From positions 1 to 50,332 of the IMG/VR virus record IMGVR_UViG_3300042090_001664: DNA of 50,332 nucleotides; one strand, written 5' to 3'. The translations under genes and the position numbers were made by a program. This DNA comes from a virus. The notes below the pieces were generated by a model. That model was not told the origin of the DNA and searched no databases. It was given only the letters and a program-made list of their open reading frames with translations. Of this stretch, positions 9,053-17,871 are shown piece by piece (within the stretch, counting starts at the first letter, position 1; the number at the start of each line of letters is the position of its first letter).

Positions 9053-9607
9053 ATGACCCTCGCGGCCGGCATCTATCCGAGCATCGCGGCGCTGCGCGGC
9101 GCGCCCGCGCCATTCGTGCAGACCTTCGCGCGCGTGCTCGGGGGCAAGCCCGCCGGGCTGTTTGTCTACCAGCCCGGGTCGACGAGCATCACGGACGACG
9201 GCTGGTCGACGATCATCCCGAGCAACCCGCAGAGCGGCGGCGGCGCATGGCTCATGGTTCCGGAGGATGACCGCGGGCTCGACCTCACCGCCGCCAACGG
9301 CTTCGCGACGAGCGGCGCGTACACGCTCGGGATCTACAGCGGCCCTTGGCTGGTCCTGCCTGCGGCGACCCTGACGGGCGGGCTGTCCATCACGCTCGAC
9401 CCGAACAACAAGGACGGGAACATCATCCCGCGCGGCTCGGTGATCGAGTTCACTAGGCTCGACCTCGGCGCCTACACGGTGGCCATCCTGAACGGCGGCG
9501 GCGCCGGCGGGACGCTCTGCACGCTCCCGGTGAGCACCGCCGCCTACGCCAAGCTCTGGTTCGATGGCGTCAACTGGGGCAAGCGCGACGCACACACGAT
9601 GCTCTGA
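9053..9607 (+). CDS. Virion protein with a tailspike N-terminal-like domain
   Basis: SIAALR...GLFVY...STSITDDGWSTIIP...GAW resembles the attachment domain at tailspike N-termini. Confidence 0.5.
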   Translation: MTLAAGIYPSIAALRGAPAPFVQTFARVLGGKPAGLFVYQPGSTSITDDGWSTIIPSNPQSGGGAWLMVPEDDRGLDLTAANGFATSGAYTLGIYSGPWLVLPAATLTGGLSITLDPNNKDGNIIPRGSVIEFTRLDLGAYTVAILNGGGAGGTLCTLPVSTAAYAKLWFDGVNWGKRDAHTML

Positions 9608-9616
9608 GGAGAGACC

Positions 9617-10261
9617 ATGCCGAAGTTCTTGCTCGTGTCAGCGCTCTTGATGGGGCCCGGCGGTCATCCGCACCTCGTGCTCGATGCGCACCTCGCCACA
9701 TCGGACCGGCCGCGCGTGCGGTACGTCGGAGTCCGCGCCGCGAGGCCGCGGCCCGACCCTGTGCGCGGACGTCAGGCGCCGCAGGACACGCACCGCGCCG
9801 CGCGATACGAATTGGCCGAGCAGATCGTCCTCGACCACGAGCACTACCGCTCGGCGGCGAACACGACCCTCCGGATTCACGCCGAGGTCGAAGCCATCGA
9901 CTCCGAGGCGGCGGCGGTCGCCTTCGACAAGCTCGAGCAGTCGAAGACGAAGGCCGCGCTGGTCCACCAGACCGCGCACGCGCTCGTCGGGCTCGGCCTC
10001 AAGCCCGAGGTGGCGCAGAAGAGCGCTCATCACCTGGTCTCGAGCGGGCTCGTCGCGGAGCACTCGCACGGCAAGGGGCACACGGTCTTCGTGCTGCCAA
10101 CCACGCCCGACGGGCAGGACCCGCAGCACGAGCTCGTCGGTGGGCTGAAGCAATGGCTCGCCTCGCAGGAAAAGCCCGCGGCGCCCACCGCGACGCCCGA
10201 TCCTGTCGCATCCCCCGAAGACGAAGACGACGCGGCGCCCGCTGCGGTCGAGGAGGCCTGA
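9617..10261 (+). CDS. Hypothetical pre-sheath protein; C-terminal part resembles the scaffold C-terminus
   Basis: RBS GAGGAG; GKGHTVFV...LVGGLKQW vs scaffold GKGTAIVFV...LLEGLKEW. Confidence 0.6.
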   Translation: MPKFLLVSALLMGPGGHPHLVLDAHLATSDRPRVRYVGVRAARPRPDPVRGRQAPQDTHRAARYELAEQIVLDHEHYRSAANTTLRIHAEVEAIDSEAAAVAFDKLEQSKTKAALVHQTAHALVGLGLKPEVAQKSAHHLVSSGLVAEHSHGKGHTVFVLPTTPDGQDPQHELVGGLKQWLASQEKPAAPTATPDPVASPEDEDDAAPAAVEEA

Positions 10262-10264
10262 TCC

Positions 10265-12580
10265 ATGGCTCAGTTCCCGCCCGTCAGCTGGCCACTTCCA
10301 TACAGCTCGAGGCTTCTCCAGCCCGCGCAGGGCTCGACCCTCGCGAACGGCACGACGTGGTCGGTCGCCATCGTCGCGAACATGCTCGCGAGCGGCACCG
10401 AGGTCGTCGAGACCGTGGGCGCGCCGATCAGGAGCCAGACGGACTGCAACACCCGGTTCGGCAACCGCAGCGAGATGGCGTGGGCCTATCGCGCGTTCCG
10501 TGCGGTCGACCCGAACACCCAGGTCACCGGGTGCGCGATGGCGCAGGCCGGCGGCTCGACGACGTCGACGAGGGCCTGGACGTTCAGCGGCAACGCGAGC
10601 GTCGGGTGCGACCTCTACATCGACTTCTGCCAGATCGGCATCCCGAACAAGAGCCGCATGGGCGTCGTCGTCGCCGCCGGCGATACGCCGTCGACGCAGG
10701 TCACGAACGCGGTCAACGCGATCAACGCGGACCCGGACTGTCCGTTCTCGGCGGCGAGCACCAGCGCGGCGACCTTCGGGTCCGAGACCTCGAACGCCGG
10801 CACCTTCCCCGTCGCGCTCGTCAACGGCGACACCCTCGTTTGCAAGATCGACGAGAACGCGAACCAGACCCTCACGATCTCGGCGACGGGCGCGACCCTC
10901 CTCGGCACCGGCGCGACCTACGCGGGCGGCGCCGGCGGCACGCTCACGCTGTCCTTCGGCGGCGTGCAGACGGTCATTACCTTCGCAGGCTCGGAGGCGA
11001 CCCAGGCGGCCTACTTCCTGAAGATCAACTCGGGCCTTCCGGGCGGCATCTCGGGCGGCGTCGCTTCGAACAGCTCGGGCCAGACGCTGCTCACCTCGAA
11101 CCAGCTCGGCAGCGGCGCGACTGGCGCGGTGGTCGCCGGCACCGCCTACATCCTGACCAGCCTCGGGATCGCCGTGGGCGCGTTTACCGCGGGCACGGGC
11201 AACGTCCCGAACGTGGCGGCGGTCACCGCGGCGCAGCTCGGCGCCCTGATGGTCTCGACCTTCACGAACGGCGCGGGCGGCAACTACACGGTCAACGCCA
11301 ACGGCGGCATGACCTGGGCCACGAACACCGCGGGCGCGACCCCGAAGGGCGTGCAGTTCACGTCGGGGAGCATCGTCGCCAAGGTGCCCGGCTGGGACAC
11401 GGCCGAGCACAACGGCGCAGCTTCGGGCGGGTCGAACTCGATCACGCTCACGACCTACCAGGGCGGCGTGCGGTCGGCCTACTGGCTCGCGAACGTGCGC
11501 TTCACCTACGACGACCCGACGAACGCGACGACCATCACCAACGGCGCGCTCACGGTCGGCGCCGGCCAGGACTCCGTGGTCAACGCGTACAACGCGCTCG
11601 ACAAGAGCGGCGCGCACACGCTCCACATCATCTCGTCGGCGGCATCTGGCACGACGGGCGGGCAGCTCTACTGCAACACCGGCAGCGTCAACTCGTCCGA
11701 TGGCGGCATCGGCCAGTACAGCGCCTACATCACCTCGAGCCTCAGCCCTCAGAACGGCAAGGGTCAGGCCTTCATCGCCGCGGTCGACGTCTACCAGTAC
11801 CCGACCACGGGCGGGTCGTCGGGCGGGTCAACCTCGTCGTCGACGGCCGCATCGGTGGCCCAGAACGCCGCGGTCAACAACGTGTTCGGGAAGATCGTCC
11901 CGTTCTCCGGGTCCGACTGGCACCCGGTCATGAACGCTGCCCACTACGGCGGGATCGTCTCCTCCGAGCGCAGCGTCTACTCGGCCTTCAACTTCCGCAG
12001 CTACACGACCGACCCGAACGCGGACACCATCTGCTCGTTCCCGGTCCCGTTCAACCTCGCGAACAAGTGGGCGCTGGCGGACGAGCTCACCCTCCTCAAC
12101 GGCGGGTGCTGCGACGTCATGTGGAACAGCTCCAACGCGGCCTTCATCCGGCGCGACATCACGAGCTACTCGTGGCTGCCGCCGGGCGGCCCGACGACGA
12201 CCTTCGACGCCCGCGCGCGCGAGGGCCACATCCCGTTCGTCATGCTCGACTTCTGGGCGGCGTTCGACGCGGCCTGCCTCGCGCAGAAGCTCAACCGCGG
12301 CAACGTCGCGGCGAACCCGAAGAGCGGCGTCAAGCCGCTCCCTGGCCAGGTCTACCCGCGCACGGTCGAGTCCCTCGCGAACACCCTGATCGGGCAGATG
12401 TGCGGCCCCTACGAGGACGGCATGCCCATCCTCGACGTGACCTACCTCGCGCAGATGCAGGCGGCGACATCGTGCGTGCTTCTGCCGCAAGGCGGATGGG
12501 CGCTCAATGTCGGCCTCCGCGCCGCACGCCACAACCTGTTCGATCAAACGGTCCTCCAGGAGACCTCGGATCCTCAGTGA
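10265..12580 (+). CDS. Tail sheath protein (Mu gpL-like) with inserted domains
   Basis: FGNRSEMAWAYRAFRAVDPNT N-terminal sheath motif and C-terminal IRRDITSY; 771 aa; followed by tube and tape measure genes. Confidence 0.8.
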   Translation: MAQFPPVSWPLPYSSRLLQPAQGSTLANGTTWSVAIVANMLASGTEVVETVGAPIRSQTDCNTRFGNRSEMAWAYRAFRAVDPNTQVTGCAMAQAGGSTTSTRAWTFSGNASVGCDLYIDFCQIGIPNKSRMGVVVAAGDTPSTQVTNAVNAINADPDCPFSAASTSAATFGSETSNAGTFPVALVNGDTLVCKIDENANQTLTISATGATLLGTGATYAGGAGGTLTLSFGGVQTVITFAGSEATQAAYFLKINSGLPGGISGGVASNSSGQTLLTSNQLGSGATGAVVAGTAYILTSLGIAVGAFTAGTGNVPNVAAVTAAQLGALMVSTFTNGAGGNYTVNANGGMTWATNTAGATPKGVQFTSGSIVAKVPGWDTAEHNGAASGGSNSITLTTYQGGVRSAYWLANVRFTYDDPTNATTITNGALTVGAGQDSVVNAYNALDKSGAHTLHIISSAASGTTGGQLYCNTGSVNSSDGGIGQYSAYITSSLSPQNGKGQAFIAAVDVYQYPTTGGSSGGSTSSSTAASVAQNAAVNNVFGKIVPFSGSDWHPVMNAAHYGGIVSSERSVYSAFNFRSYTTDPNADTICSFPVPFNLANKWALADELTLLNGGCCDVMWNSSNAAFIRRDITSYSWLPPGGPTTTFDARAREGHIPFVMLDFWAAFDAACLAQKLNRGNVAANPKSGVKPLPGQVYPRTVESLANTLIGQMCGPYEDGMPILDVTYLAQMQAATSCVLLPQGGWALNVGLRAARHNLFDQTVLQETSDPQ

Positions 12581-12584
12581 GATT

Positions 12585-12671
12585 ATGCCCAAGCAGGGCA
12601 TCGGCTACCTGAACGATGACACCGCGCTCGTCGCGGCTGCGGCCGAGTACCTGAAGAGACACCAAGACTGA
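12585..12671 (+). pseudogene. Remnant of an endonuclease VII-type homing endonuclease (C-terminal 28 aa)
   Basis: MPKQGIGYLNDDTALVAAAAEYLKRHQD matches the EndoVII tail pattern GLGxFxDDxxxLxxAxxYL. Confidence 0.6.
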
Positions 12672-12705
12672 CGACGCTCGCGCCATGCGAGCTGAGGAGC
12701 ATCGC

Positions 12706-13116
12706 ATGAGCGGAATCGCGGGACTCGGTGAAAACCTCTTCCTGGAGCTCTACTCCCCCGCGCAGGGCGGGGGAGGGCTCCGTGCGAACGCGGTCTCGCT
12801 CGAGACCAACCTCGACGGCAAGCGCGAGACGCTCCGGAGCATGGTGCGCGACTACATGGGTGTCGCCGGCGGGAGCACGACCCGCATGATCGACCTGACG
12901 GAGCACGTCGACTTCCAGTGGCTGAATCAGGGGTTCGACCCGGAGCTCTCGTTCCTGAACAACGAGATCCTCCAGTACCGGATCATCAAGTGGTCGAACG
13001 GGCAGCAGGCGAGTGGGCAGTGCCACATCAAGACCGGGCCGAAGATGACGACGAAGGACGGGGCGATCACCGACATCACCATCTCGCTCGAGGGTGACCC
13101 GTCGCCGTTCCAGTGA
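12706..13116 (+). CDS. Tail tube protein
   Basis: 136 aa beta-rich protein just after the sheath; RBS GAGGAG before ATG at 12706. Confidence 0.7.
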   Translation: MSGIAGLGENLFLELYSPAQGGGGLRANAVSLETNLDGKRETLRSMVRDYMGVAGGSTTRMIDLTEHVDFQWLNQGFDPELSFLNNEILQYRIIKWSNGQQASGQCHIKTGPKMTTKDGAITDITISLEGDPSPFQ

Positions 13117-13124
13117 GGTAGTGC

Positions 13125-13712
13125 GTGACCGCGATCGGTCCGCCGAAGGACGTGCCGCCCGAGCGGCTGTTTCGATTTCTGATGGCGAAGGTTCCGGAGC
13201 GCGCGCTGGTCCACAGGATCGCGGGGCTGCCGGACATCGAGTTGTTCGTACGCGCCGTGCCAGGCGCCGTGTTTGAGGCGCTGCGCGACGACGCGGCTCT
13301 CCCCGATGTTCCCATGGTGGAGCTGTCTCGGACCGTCAGGTCCTGGATGGCGGCTACGCTGTGGACACGAGGAGGGCGGCTCGCCACGTCCGGCGATGAA
13401 CTCGGCCGTCTGAGCGCGAGGGTTCTCCTGGCCTTGCTGGGAGCCTGGGTTGAAGCGGTCAACCTCATCTGTCCGACGTTCGGTCGGAGTGACACGAGAG
13501 CCTGGCGAAAGGTTTTGGTGGAGGGAGCGGTCCATCCATCGAACGAGCGGGTGGCGGAGCGGTTGGCGTACTGCGGAGACCCGCTGGTTCTTCCGACCAA
13601 GATTGCTTGGGTGACCCGCCCGGAGCGCTACTGGTCGATGCCTCCCGACGAGCTGCTCGATGGCCATGTGCTGTGCTTCGAGGCCGCACGGAAAGCGATG
13701 GGCGTGAAGTGA
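13125..13712 (+). CDS. Putative tail assembly chaperone or hypothetical protein
   Basis: Between tube and tape measure genes; less biased codon usage. Confidence 0.5.
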   Translation: MTAIGPPKDVPPERLFRFLMAKVPERALVHRIAGLPDIELFVRAVPGAVFEALRDDAALPDVPMVELSRTVRSWMAATLWTRGGRLATSGDELGRLSARVLLALLGAWVEAVNLICPTFGRSDTRAWRKVLVEGAVHPSNERVAERLAYCGDPLVLPTKIAWVTRPERYWSMPPDELLDGHVLCFEAARKAMGVK

Positions 13713-14404
13713 CCGAAGAGAAGCTCTCCCCGCTCGCTCAGCTGGTGAAGGACCAGCCGCGCGACTTCGAGGTCTGGCCGGTGACCGGCTTCTTCCGCGC
13801 GCCCGGCGCGGAGGTGATGAAGATCGCCATCTTCCTGCCGACTCCGGCGGATGACGATGACATCCTGTGCCTGGCTGCCCAGTACCGGGCCGACCTCGCG
13901 AAGAAGTCGGCGGCGGGCGAGCCCGACGTGCGCGCGGACGACCGGATTCGCCTGTCCGCCGAGATCATGGAGGCGCTCTGGCGTGCCTGCCACACCGTGG
14001 CCGAGGACGGTACCGTCGACATGTACGGGCACTGCTTCCCGGATCCTCGCTGGATGCGAATGACCCTTCGGTCGGACCAGTGGGGGCAGCTTTATGCGCT
14101 CTACCAGGCAACGCGCGACAAGTTCCGCGACATCCCGCCGATGACGGCGGAGCGGATCGAGGAACTCCTGCCCGCGCTTTGCGCCGGTGGCCAGACCCCA
14201 GACATTGTGCTCGCTGGGTACGACCGGAGCGAGATCATTGCCGGCTGGGTCGTGACCGCCGACATGGCCGTACGCGACCGGAAGTGCGCGGAGGCAGCTC
14301 TCCAGGAACGTGACGAGCTCGATGCGCGCGTCGCGGAGCTCGAAAAGGACCTGGCGGAGACGCGCGCCTCTGTCGCCAAAGCCCCCGAGGATCAGGGCGC
14401 CTAG
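13709..14404 (+). CDS. Putative tail assembly chaperone
   Basis: GTGA overlap with the upstream stop; position before the tape measure gene. Confidence 0.55.
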   Translation: MTEEKLSPLAQLVKDQPRDFEVWPVTGFFRAPGAEVMKIAIFLPTPADDDDILCLAAQYRADLAKKSAAGEPDVRADDRIRLSAEIMEALWRACHTVAEDGTVDMYGHCFPDPRWMRMTLRSDQWGQLYALYQATRDKFRDIPPMTAERIEELLPALCAGGQTPDIVLAGYDRSEIIAGWVVTADMAVRDRKCAEAALQERDELDARVAELEKDLAETRASVAKAPEDQGA

Positions 14405-14413
14405 GTCTGAGCT

Positions 14414-14845
14414 ATGGGGGCGATCCTCTACACGTTCACCGTGTCGGGCGTGGAGGATCTCGCCGCGGCGATGCGCGCGGTCGCCGCCGAGGCTGGCGAC
14501 GAGAGCATCGTCGACGACGTCGTCTCGCAGTTCACGCCGGAGAACGTTGAGGCGGTGATGAAGGACTGCCTCGACGAGGCCACGCAGGAGGCGCTCTCGT
14601 CGGCGGCGTACAAGTCGCGCACCGGCGCGCTCGACGCGAGCACCTACGCAGACGACGCCTCGAGTTCCCAGGCGCGCACGAGCGGCGGGCAGTTCTCGAG
14701 CGGGACCGACGTCTCGGTGACCTGGGGCGCGCGCGCGGAGTACGCCAGCTACGTCGAGAAGCGTGGGTTCTCGAGGACGGTTGAGGTCGGCGACGCCGCG
14801 GTGGACAAGATCGACGCGGCGCTTGCGGCGCTCGGCGGGACGTGA
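14414..14845 (+). CDS. HK97 gp10-like tail completion/morphogenesis protein
   Basis: SRTGALDAS and AEYASYVEKRG motifs. Confidence 0.65.
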   Translation: MGAILYTFTVSGVEDLAAAMRAVAAEAGDESIVDDVVSQFTPENVEAVMKDCLDEATQEALSSAAYKSRTGALDASTYADDASSSQARTSGGQFSSGTDVSVTWGARAEYASYVEKRGFSRTVEVGDAAVDKIDAALAALGGT

Positions 14846-14848
14846 GCC

Positions 14849-16891
14849 GTGGCCGACGTAGAGAAGGAAATCCAGTGGAAGTTCTCCCGCCTCGGGGACG
14901 ATGACGTCAGCAGCGTCATCAAGAGCCTCGGCGAGGAGGCTACGCGCGCGAACGCCAAGCGCCTGAAGGAAGAGGACGACCTCTGGAAGGCGAAAATCAA
15001 GGCGGCCGAGCAGGCGAAGAAGGTCGAGGAAAAGGCCTGGGCTGACGTCGAGAAAGCGGCCGAGAAGGCGTCGAAGGCGCTCGCCAAAGAAGCGTCTGAC
15101 ATCGCGAAGGCGCACGAGAAGGCCGCGAAGGAGACCCAGAAGGTCTGGGACAGGGCGAACAAGCAAATCCTCGACAGCTTCGCCAGCGTCGGCAAGGGCA
15201 TCGCCAACGGGCTAGGGCTGGCGACCTTCAGCAGCGTCACGTCCTTCGTGTCTGGCGCCGCGCGCGACGCGATGAAGCTCCAGGGACAATCGCGCAGGAT
15301 CGCAATCGACGCCCGCCGGCCCGGCGAGGCGATGGTCGACCCGAACGTGCTCCGCAGGGAGTTCGAGCGCACGGCCATTGCGAATCCAGGAATGAACGCC
15401 TCGGATGTCGCGTCCGGCGTCGGCGCATTCCGGCAGACGTCCGGCAATCTCGACAAGGCCCGCGAGTTCTCCGGCGTCATCGCGAAGATGAGCCAGGCGT
15501 TCGGCAAGGATGCGGAGGAGGTCGGCAAGGTCGCCGGCAAGGTGTTCCGCGAGTTCAAGCCGAAGTCGGCCGAGGAGATGGGCGACGCGCTCGCCGCGAT
15601 CAACGCGCGCGCGAAGCAGGGCGGGGTCACGTTCGAGCAGGCCGCGGGCCAGTTCACGATGGCGGCCGGGCGCATCAAGGGCGCCGGCTACAGCCTCGAG
15701 ACGCTCGGCACCAAGGGCCTGAACGCGCTGATGGTCTCAGCGGGCGAGGGCGGCGACCCGGAGAAGGCGGGGCAAGCAGTCGGCATGTTCATGTCGAAGC
15801 TCAGCCAGCAGGCCGTGAAGCTCAAGAAGAAGGGGAAGGGCGGGCTCGGGCTCGACATCTACGGCACGACGCAAGACGAGCGCGGTCAGGCCCAGATGCG
15901 CCCCATTCAGGAGATCATTGCCGACCTCGCCGGCAAGGCGCGCGACAAGTTCAAGGACAAGGGGCTCGCCGACAACGCGGCGCCGATGATGGCCGAGCTC
16001 CGGAAGATGTTCGGCGGCGGTGGGCGCGGCTCACCGTTCGCCGTCATGGAGCCCATGCTGAATGCCTTCAACAAGGCGTACGGCGCGACGAAAGGCACGG
16101 CGGCCGAGAAAACCGCGGCGGGCCAGGCGGCGGTCAAGGCGAAGTTCGAGGAGCTTTCCGCCGCGCAGGGCAACTACAAGGACGCGCTCCAGGATGCCGC
16201 CGAGGTTCAGAAGACGCTCAGCGCGCGATGGACCGCCGCCCAGGAAGTCCTGAAGGAGAAGATCGCCAACGCGATCTTGCCTGGACTCGTGACCGTCAGC
16301 GAGAAGCTCGGCAAGGGAGAGTTCGTCAACGCGCTGGACGCCCTCGGCGCGCACATCTGGAAGATGGCCCACCCCGAAGGGCCGACCAAGATGGAGGAGC
16401 TCCAGAAGGCGCAGAAGAATCTCTCCGACTGGAAAGCGACGATGGCCGGCAAGATGAACTGGACGCCGGAGGACATGAAGAAGAAGCGCGAACTCGAGCG
16501 CGCGGTCGATGTCGCCGACGCCGCCGCCATGTCCGGCAGCGTCGGTAAGACCGCCGCCGGCCCGATGGGGCGCGAGGAGTTCGTCAAGCGTTATGCGGAG
16601 CTCGGTGGCAACACCGACCTAGACAAAATCTCCGGTGAATCTGCGTACGAGCGGGCGATGGGCGGCAGCGACTTGTTCCACCCGCTCGCCACGCCGCAGA
16701 CCAACGCGCAGGAGACCCTCGTCAACGACGTGAAGGCTCAGGTCGCCGAGGACGAGGCTGCGAAGAAGCAGGCGGCAGCGGCGCTGCTCTTCGGGTCGCA
16801 TGTCGACGCCTTCGGCCGTGTCGTCGCAAACCTCGAGAGCAAGTCCGGGTCCGGCAGCGCCCTTACCGGCGCGCCAGGCCGGAGGTCCTGA
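14849..16891 (+). CDS. Tail tape measure protein
   Basis: 680 aa Ala/Lys/Gly-rich helical protein between chaperones and baseplate genes. Confidence 0.85.
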   Translation: MADVEKEIQWKFSRLGDDDVSSVIKSLGEEATRANAKRLKEEDDLWKAKIKAAEQAKKVEEKAWADVEKAAEKASKALAKEASDIAKAHEKAAKETQKVWDRANKQILDSFASVGKGIANGLGLATFSSVTSFVSGAARDAMKLQGQSRRIAIDARRPGEAMVDPNVLRREFERTAIANPGMNASDVASGVGAFRQTSGNLDKAREFSGVIAKMSQAFGKDAEEVGKVAGKVFREFKPKSAEEMGDALAAINARAKQGGVTFEQAAGQFTMAAGRIKGAGYSLETLGTKGLNALMVSAGEGGDPEKAGQAVGMFMSKLSQQAVKLKKKGKGGLGLDIYGTTQDERGQAQMRPIQEIIADLAGKARDKFKDKGLADNAAPMMAELRKMFGGGGRGSPFAVMEPMLNAFNKAYGATKGTAAEKTAAGQAAVKAKFEELSAAQGNYKDALQDAAEVQKTLSARWTAAQEVLKEKIANAILPGLVTVSEKLGKGEFVNALDALGAHIWKMAHPEGPTKMEELQKAQKNLSDWKATMAGKMNWTPEDMKKKRELERAVDVADAAAMSGSVGKTAAGPMGREEFVKRYAELGGNTDLDKISGESAYERAMGGSDLFHPLATPQTNAQETLVNDVKAQVAEDEAAKKQAAAALLFGSHVDAFGRVVANLESKSGSGSALTGAPGRRS

Positions 16892-16893
16892 CC

Positions 16894-17868
16894 GTGGCCG
16901 GTCTCGCCTCCGCTCTGGGCACCAGCCCTGCGCAAGCCGCCAGGGCGCTCTCGCAGGCATCGTGGCGCGGGCTCCCGCTACCGCCGTACTCGAAGGTGCC
17001 GCTCGACTGGGAGCCGCGCCTGCCGAAGCGCGAATACCCCTACGTCGACATCGCTGGCCACGACTTCACGGGGGTCGACTACAAGCCGTTCGAAGTCGAC
17101 CTGCGGTTCCTCAACACCCTGAACCAGGCGCCGCCGAACGGCGCGTCGTCGTGGTTCCCTGGCTACTGGGAGATTTTCAAGGCGCAGATCCTGGACGGCA
17201 AGCCGGGCGACTTCGTCCACCCCCTGGTCGGGAGCGTGCGCGCGCGCGTGTGCAAGGGCGCGGCGCTCGTCTCCGACGAGACCCTTGCCGGCATCGTGGT
17301 GCGCGTGTCGTGGGAGCTCACGAACGAGGACCCGACCACCGACCAATACTTCGAGATCCTCCAGGGCAACCCGTCGGCGCTCGCCTCCGCGGCCGATGCG
17401 TCCGCTGGCGAGTTCGGGGTTGCGGTCGGGCTCGGGCAGCGGACGGCCTACCAGTTCGCCGCGCAGTACGGGACGAACGCCTCTCTCGGGCTCCCGAGCC
17501 TCTCGTCGATCTGGTCGGCGATCTCCGGCCTCGTGTTCTCCTTCGACTTCGGCGTGCTCAGCTTGCTGAACGCGCTCCTTGGCGATGTGGACGCCATGGT
17601 CGAGGCGATCATCCTGCTCGACGACGTGACGACCTGGGAGGCCCTGGCGGATCTCTTCGCCTTCAGGACGTACCTGTCCCTCGCGACCACGAGCGTTCAG
17701 GCGTCGAACCGCAAGGTGGCGCAGCGCGCGATCACCGCGCCCATCACGCTCGACGCGTTCGCGCGCCAGACGAACAACGACCTCGGGGACATCATCGCCT
17801 TGAACTGCCAATTCGTGGCCGACCCGCAGGTCCCCGCCCGAAGCATTTTGCGGTACTACGCGAGCTGA
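16894..17868 (+). CDS. Mu gpN-like DNA circularisation/tube initiator protein
   Basis: ASWRG...REYPYVD...G.FVHPLVG motifs; LysM-like C-terminus (DIIALN). Confidence 0.8.
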   Translation: MAGLASALGTSPAQAARALSQASWRGLPLPPYSKVPLDWEPRLPKREYPYVDIAGHDFTGVDYKPFEVDLRFLNTLNQAPPNGASSWFPGYWEIFKAQILDGKPGDFVHPLVGSVRARVCKGAALVSDETLAGIVVRVSWELTNEDPTTDQYFEILQGNPSALASAADASAGEFGVAVGLGQRTAYQFAAQYGTNASLGLPSLSSIWSAISGLVFSFDFGVLSLLNALLGDVDAMVEAIILLDDVTTWEALADLFAFRTYLSLATTSVQASNRKVAQRAITAPITLDAFARQTNNDLGDIIALNCQFVADPQVPARSILRYYAS

Positions 17869-17871
17869 CCG

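Noticed and set aside
13680-13712. Programmed -1 frameshift between the chaperone ORFs (CGGAAAG)
   Set aside because: Not a correctly phased X XXY YYZ heptamer; the GTGA overlap explains the second ORF.
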